Shown here one piece after another: positions 59,270 through 64,000 of a DNA stretch of 64,000 nt. Numbering within the stretch: the stretch's first letter is position 1; each line of letters opens with the position of its first letter. The stretch spans positions 136-64,135 of the forward strand of contig JAGYKN010000009.1 in assembly GCA_018401615.1 (NCBI GenBank), given 5' to 3'. Under the pieces are notes generated by a model that saw only the letters and a program-made list of their open reading frames with translations, did not search any database and was not told the origin of the DNA. This stretch comes from Burkholderiaceae bacterium (GTDB taxonomy: Bacteria > Pseudomonadota > Gammaproteobacteria > Burkholderiales > Burkholderiaceae_A). The position numbers and the translations under genes were made by a program.

Positions 59270-59827
59270 ATGAGATCGCCGTCCGTTTTTTCCGCAGGTT
59301 CCTTAGCAGGCCTCTTGGTGGGTCTGCTGGCCTTTGGCGCAACCCATGCCCAGCCCATGCCCGACACAGCCCAGGCGCTTCGCACCCTCATGGGGCCCTC
59401 GAACCAGCCGGGCACCGGCATGGCGCCTCAGGCTGCAGCCATGCCGCAGGGCCAGATGGTGGTCACCAAACCAGGCGACACCCTGGCCAAGATTCTGGCG
59501 GCCAACATGGGCCCGCATCCTTACAACGCCAAGGCGGTCCATCAGGCCGTGACGGCCATGAATCCCCAGTCGTTTATCAGGGGCAACCCCAATCGGCTCA
59601 TTGCGGGCGTGATGCTTCGGCTGCCAAGCCCAACCGAGCTCCATGCGGTGCTCACGGGCCAGATGATGCCGACCACGATCGGGGCTCGCGATGGGATGGC
59701 ACCAGCCCAATCAGCCCATGGCCCGATGGGGGGTTCTGCCAACGGCACGTCCAAGCTCCAGAGCAACGCACCCACTGGAGCAGAAGATTTTGAGCGTCAC
59801 CGCGGCTGGGTCCGTTTCCCGCGCTGA
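59270..59827 (+). CDS. Small exported protein with a FimV-type LysM-like domain
   Basis: Signal peptide; KPGDTLAKI...NPQSFIRGNPNRLIAGVMLRLP. Confidence 0.7.
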   Translation: MRSPSVFSAGSLAGLLVGLLAFGATHAQPMPDTAQALRTLMGPSNQPGTGMAPQAAAMPQGQMVVTKPGDTLAKILAANMGPHPYNAKAVHQAVTAMNPQSFIRGNPNRLIAGVMLRLPSPTELHAVLTGQMMPTTIGARDGMAPAQSAHGPMGGSANGTSKLQSNAPTGAEDFERHRGWVRFPR

Positions 59828-59854
59828 GCCAGGCTTGACCAGGGGGCCTCTCAC

Positions 59855-60970
59855 ATGCTGACGGGGCCCGATGCCATCGGTGTGGCTGGAGCAAAGCCAT
59901 TGCCCATCTACCTTGAGGGTCGCTCGATTCCCATGGCCGACGCCTTGGGTCGGGCACTGGGCCTTAAATTCAATGAGGTCGTGCGTGGGGTGGTTGAGGC
60001 ACGCGGTGAGACGCTGCTGCTCAAACTCAATGGCCGAGAGGTCGAACTTCCCGCGCAGCTGAAATTTCGGCCGGGCGAGGTGCTCTGGTTGCGCTACACC
60101 GAGATGGGCCGGGGCATGGCGCTGGTGACCCAGCCTGGACCCGGCGCGGTGGCGGCGGTGCGGCGGGCAGGGCGGGTTGGCGGCCGGGGCAGCAGGTCAT
60201 CCAGCCCCAATTGCGGCCCCACCTGTGGGCGGGCTCGCCCGCGGTGGCAAGCTTGTTTCTTCGGCCAGCGGATTTCTCGGGGCTGCTCTCCTGCTCTCAG
60301 GGGCACCTTTGCTGGCCTGGCGCAACGGGCCCAGGGCAGTGGGAGCGCAGGGGTGGCAAATGGCTGGGCAGTGGGCCTCGCAGCGCCCTGCCATGGGGCG
60401 CACGGCCGAGGGCGTTCGACGGGGCCCTGCGAGCCAGTGGCCTTTTCACGGAATCGGCCCCGGGCAAGGGCATGGTGGTTTCAAGATCTCAAGCTGGCCA
60501 TGCGTCAGGCCATTTTGTTCAGTCCGAGGCACTCGCCTGCGGCCAGTTGGAGTCTGGCCTGCATGAGCCTGAGAGCGCTCAGGCAGACGCGCTTCGGGGT
60601 CTCAAAAATAGCGAGATGGGCTTTAGCTTTCATTCCCTTTCGAGACGCGATCTCGGTAATGTTTTTTCTGACCTCGGCGCACCCCGAGGAGCCCAATCCG
60701 CCTGCGGTGGTCAACCTCTACACCCGCAGCGAGACCCTGGGCGAAGTCTGATGAAGACTGTGATTGAGGTGTCAGACACCATTTCGCTCACGATGGGCCG
60801 AGCGGCGGCGACGGGCTAACCGCGCCAAGGCCGCGGTGGGGGGAGCTGAGACGAAATGACCAGCGCGGGATTATCCTCAAGAGCATGGTGGTGCGTATGG
60901 TCGGCGGCCTGAGGAGGGTGTGGTGGTGGCGGCACGCACCGGCGCCGTGCTGGATCTAAAGGCCCAGGGC
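59855..60970 (+). CDS. Probable second FliK-like protein, heavily frameshifted
   Basis: Coherent N-terminus, SETLGEV hairpin near the C-terminus, followed by an FlhB-C-like gene; boundaries approximate. Confidence 0.35.
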
Positions 60971-60971
60971 G

Positions 60972-61250
60972 GTGTTAAGGAGCAAAACGCGAGGCGGTCG
61001 CTCCTGGAATATGGGGTCAACAAGACCCCAGTGCGGTGGTGGCCAAGGGTTCGAGGAGATCGCCGAGCGAATTCTGGACGAGGCCCGCAAACATGGGGTC
61101 TATGTGGCGCAGGACCCTGCTGCTTGCTGCTGGCGCGGCTCGACATTGACTGTGAGATTCCACCCAACCCCATGCCGCGGTGGCGGTGATCCTGTCTTGG
61201 GCGTATTAAGTAAAGGGGCATGGAGCCCGGCGACGAGAGGGGATGGCTGA
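60972..61250 (+). CDS. FlhB C-terminal-domain protein (EscU/YscU/HrcU family), frameshifted
   Basis: Across frames: LEYGVNKTP, GFEEIAERILDEARKHGVYVAQDP, LDIDCEIPP, AVAVILSW. Confidence 0.65.
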   Translation: MLRSKTRGGRSWNMGSTRPQCGGGQGFEEIAERILDEARKHGVYVAQDPAACCWRGSTLTVRFHPTPCRGGGDPVLGVLSKGAWSPATRGDG

Positions 61251-61298
61251 CAGGTCAGGCACGCCCGGCTCGAGCCCGGCACGTGCCTGACACCATCC
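61241..61298. repeat. Second, degenerate copy of the GTCAGGCACGTGCC hairpin element, between convergent genes
   Basis: ggtcaggcacgcccgg-ctcgag-cccggcacgtgcctgac flanked by ggatgg/ccatcc. Confidence 0.7.
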
Positions 61299-61302
61299 GG
61301 GG

Positions 61303-61683
61303 TTAAGCGTCGGCGAGGCCGCGGCTGCGGCGGTTGGCGCTCATGCGCCCCATGCGGTCGTAGACCTCAACGGAGCTGGCAGCGTCTGCGCCCTGCAGGG
61401 TTTTGAGGGCCGCCCGAATGGCGTCGAGCTTGCGCTGGACCAGTATTTGATTGCGACGATGGTGATCGCGGCACTGCCGAATCACCTCTCGAAAGGGCTC
61501 CCACAACTCAGCTTGGGGGCCTTCCTCAGGCAGCGTCAATGCGCCCAGTTCATCTAAGATGGCCGCTTTTTCGGCCTGATACGCTTCAAATGCCGTGAGA
61601 TCCTGTGTTTTCAGAGCCTCGAACTCGGCGTCGAGGAGCGCCAAAAGGCGCTCCGCCTTGGGCAGGTTATCGGTCGGCAGCAC
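61303..61683 (-). CDS. flgN: Flagellar export chaperone FlgN
   Basis: LDAEFEALK, CRDHHRRNQIL, VYDRMG; downstream of flgM. Confidence 0.8.
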   Translation of the reverse strand: MLPTDNLPKAERLLALLDAEFEALKTQDLTAFEAYQAEKAAILDELGALTLPEEGPQAELWEPFREVIRQCRDHHRRNQILVQRKLDAIRAALKTLQGADAASSVEVYDRMGRMSANRRSRGLADA

Positions 61684-61984
61684 CCGAGATCATTCGCTCT
61701 AGCGAGACGAAACTCTCCGCGATGCGCCGGGCATCCAGGGGGTAATTGCCGTCCCGAATGGCCTGCTTGATGCGCTCGACTTTTTCGGAGTCGAAGTCGG
61801 GGGCCGCCATGGCACGTGCGTCGATGCCGCTTAACTCCACGCGATCGTCTGCCGGCTCGGCGGCACGAGGGGCCTGCCCAGATTGAACGGCGTTGCGTTT
61901 GTCGTCTTCAATTTTCTTGAGCCGATTTTCAGCCGCAAGGTCTGCCTGCGCGGTGCGGCCCAAACTCGAAATAGGGTCAGCCAT
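61667..61984 (-). CDS. flgM: Anti-sigma-28 factor FlgM
   Basis: DRVELS, FDSEKVERIKQAIRDGNYPLDARRIA. Confidence 0.92.
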   Translation of the reverse strand: MADPISSLGRTAQADLAAENRLKKIEDDKRNAVQSGQAPRAAEPADDRVELSGIDARAMAAPDFDSEKVERIKQAIRDGNYPLDARRIAESFVSLERMISGAADR

Positions 61985-62028
61985 GGTGTGTGTCCTTTGT
62001 GTCGGCGTTACTTTACCTGTTGTTGGAG

Positions 62029-62055
62029 GTATCGACACCATTTTGAAGAACTGAA
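62029..62055 (-). promoter_or_regulatory. Putative sigma-28 promoter of flgM
   Basis: TTCAG-N14-GTCGATAC. Confidence 0.5.
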
Positions 62056-62100
62056 GTCCTCTTGTGAAATAACCTCAGGGTTCGGTGCAGGCCCGTATTG

Positions 62101-62955
62101 TCAGGATGCACGCGCATGCCCCCTGCCCACAATCTGCCCAGTCATGATTCGACCGGACTCCTTGTTTTTAAAGCGAATTTGGTCTCCAAAGCGGCCATCT
62201 TCGAGTGCTTCTACGGTGATTTGGATGATCAGACCGGGCACCCGCTCAAGGGCAAGCACCACAGGCTGGCCCCGGCGCACAAGAGTGGAGGGGCGAAGGT
62301 CGGTGGCCCGAATCGCCTGCCCAGCGGGAATGGCCCGCACCACCTGGGCGAACTCCAGGCCATCGGTGGTGGTGAAGTAGGTGTGGGCTGGACCTGCCAA
62401 TGGCCGCTCCTCGACCTTAAAGAGAGATGCCTCGACGGGCTGGTTGGCCGATAGATTTGCCACTGCCACGACCACCCGTTTCATGGGCGGACCAGCAGGG
62501 GTTGTTTTGGCTGCGGGTGCCTTGGCCATCGACACCGCTGGTTGGTCGGTTCTCTTTAGGAAGACTGTCCAGTCGGGTTTGAGGCAGCGGGCCCGAAGGC
62601 TTGAGGGCTGGCTCGAAAAGGGTTGATCGAATGCGATGGGACCCTGACAGGCTTGTATTTGAAGTCGTGCATCGAGCGGGGCAAAGGCAATGGACGCTGC
62701 AGCACCCTGCTGCGGTGCACTTGCCAAGAGCCACTGCCGGGCCTGCTCGATGAGGGCGGCCTGAGGCTCGGATGCTGCCGGGGCCTCACCGCGGCCAGAG
62801 GGCGAGGCCGTTTGGGCTTGAACGCTGGCCAGACAAACGGCGGTGGCCAGGCCAATGCCCAGCGCCCAAGACAGGGGTCGGGGAAGCATGAGGAGCCGAG
62901 GGCGTTCGTGTGCCCAGGGCATGTCGCGGCGGTGAATGTAGGCGTTCATTTGCAT
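62101..62955 (-). CDS. flgA: P-ring formation chaperone FlgA
   Basis: LDARLQIQAC, LVRRGQPV, EALEDGRFGDQIRFKNKESGR; start uncertain. Confidence 0.88.
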   Translation of the reverse strand: MQMNAYIHRRDMPWAHERPRLLMLPRPLSWALGIGLATAVCLASVQAQTASPSGRGEAPAASEPQAALIEQARQWLLASAPQQGAAASIAFAPLDARLQIQACQGPIAFDQPFSSQPSSLRARCLKPDWTVFLKRTDQPAVSMAKAPAAKTTPAGPPMKRVVVAVANLSANQPVEASLFKVEERPLAGPAHTYFTTTDGLEFAQVVRAIPAGQAIRATDLRPSTLVRRGQPVVLALERVPGLIIQITVEALEDGRFGDQIRFKNKESGRIMTGQIVGRGHARAS

Positions 62956-62966
62956 ACCCAGGCTAA

Positions 62967-62982
62967 AGCAAAACCCAAGCCA
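62967..62982 (-). promoter_or_regulatory. Sigma-54 promoter for flgA
   Basis: TGGCTT-GGGTT-TTGCT on the minus strand. Confidence 0.65.
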
Positions 62983-62990
62983 GAATTAGT

Positions 62991-63006
62991 TGGCATGGCT
63001 TTCGCT
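62991..63006 (+). promoter_or_regulatory. Sigma-54 promoter for the LysM-lysozyme gene
   Basis: TGGCAT-GGCTT-TCGCT. Confidence 0.65.
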
Positions 63007-63018
63007 TCTGCCACTGTC

Positions 63019-63984
63019 ATGAAAGTTCATGTTCAACCCGGTGACACCCTCTCTGGCCTGACCAGGCAAGCCCTGGGCCAACTCGGCCAGATGCGGCCTG
63101 CCGATGCGCAGCGCATGCCATTCAGGGATCTCATGGCCCGCATCCATACGGTGGCCGAACACAACCAAATTCACAATCCCGACAGAATTCTGGCGGGCCA
63201 GACCATTGATTTTTCTGCGCTCATTGGCTCCCAGGGGCCTGCGGCGAAGGTGCTCAATGGTCACCCACCCCACCTCTCCCAGACCTTATCAGCCAATGAA
63301 GCTGCAGCCGTGGTGCTCGGTGAGCGCACCGGCACCCAATACCGCGTGCTCGAGCGGACCCTCGATCGCGCAGTGTCCAGGGGATTCATCCCCGCCAACG
63401 AGGCCGCAGATGTGCAGCGCCGAATTCTCGACATGTCTCGCTCGTATCGGTTTAATCCCGACGATTTCGCCCGCGTCTCACTCATGGAGAGCGATGGCCT
63501 GAATCCGCGGGCCACCAATGGCAACTGCCACGGCATCATTCAATTCTGCAACGGCCCAGCTCGCGGCGCTGCAAGCGCTGGTTACGCAAAAGACCCAGAG
63601 AAGATCCTCGACCTTAGCGTGCTCGAGCAACTCGACCTGGTGGAGCGCTACTTTGAAGACACGGGCCTGCAGCAGTACAAGCCGGCCTCCCTCGACAACC
63701 TATACCTCACGGTGCTCTACCCCGCGGGCCGCAGTGAGCGGCAGATGAATCAGTCACTCGGCGTGCCCGGCCAGCAGGCCGCAGCCCTGCACGTGGGCGG
63801 CAACCAGAATGCACCCATCACCCGCGCCTCGCTGAGAAAGGGGCTCATCGAAAATGCCAACCAGCGCCTGAGTCAATTCTCTCTGGCGCAGGCCCAGCGC
63901 GAACCACTTGCCCGAGCTGATACCAGGGCCGATGCCCAGGGCTTGCGCCGGCCGGCCACCCGAGATCTCTTGGCCGTGAGATGA
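63019..63984 (+). CDS. LysM + lysozyme/lytic-transglycosylase-like protein
   Basis: VQPGDTLS...NPDRILAGQTI (LysM); LMESDG, GIIQF, EQLDLVERYF, LYLTVLYP (lysozyme-like fold). Confidence 0.75.
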   Translation: MKVHVQPGDTLSGLTRQALGQLGQMRPADAQRMPFRDLMARIHTVAEHNQIHNPDRILAGQTIDFSALIGSQGPAAKVLNGHPPHLSQTLSANEAAAVVLGERTGTQYRVLERTLDRAVSRGFIPANEAADVQRRILDMSRSYRFNPDDFARVSLMESDGLNPRATNGNCHGIIQFCNGPARGAASAGYAKDPEKILDLSVLEQLDLVERYFEDTGLQQYKPASLDNLYLTVLYPAGRSERQMNQSLGVPGQQAAALHVGGNQNAPITRASLRKGLIENANQRLSQFSLAQAQREPLARADTRADAQGLRRPATRDLLAVR

Positions 63985-64000
63985 CATGAGCGCCATTCAA

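Overview
The host looks like a Betaproteobacterium (Burkholderiales), judged from housekeeping gene order. The window has three blocks. (1) 1-16.5 kb is a compact housekeeping region: pcnB, HAD, hda, purM, miaA, mutL, amiC, tsaE, queG, xerD, plsY, tsaD, rpsU, dnaG, rpoD with a histone-H1-like N-terminal extension, and a tRNA with a CAT anticodon. (2) 18-33.8 kb is a complete, single-strand alpha-carboxysome locus: cbbL, cbbS, a short csoS2, csoSCA, csoS4A, csoS4B, a single csoS1, bfr-like, acRAF, mcdA, mcdB, cbbQ, cbbO, csoS1D, a trypsin-like protease, a SulP fusion and cbbR. (3) 36-64 kb is a polar-type flagellar cluster with no flhDC in the window. It has a sensor-less FleQ-like sigma-54 activator, FlhF/FlhG, a PomAB-like stator, FlgP/FlgT-like proteins, recognisable sigma-54 and sigma-28 promoters, and several unknown accessory genes. 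The strongest novelty candidates are an unnamed protein domain present in three copies (two between fliA and fliS, one membrane-anchored; the third on the far side of the carboxysome locus) and a cytoplasmic serine protease embedded in a minimal carboxysome operon. Several stretches (about 13.8-14.0, 16.4-16.8, 51.2-52.5, 55.0 and 60.1-61.3 kb) are dense in indels and probably reflect sequencing or assembly error.
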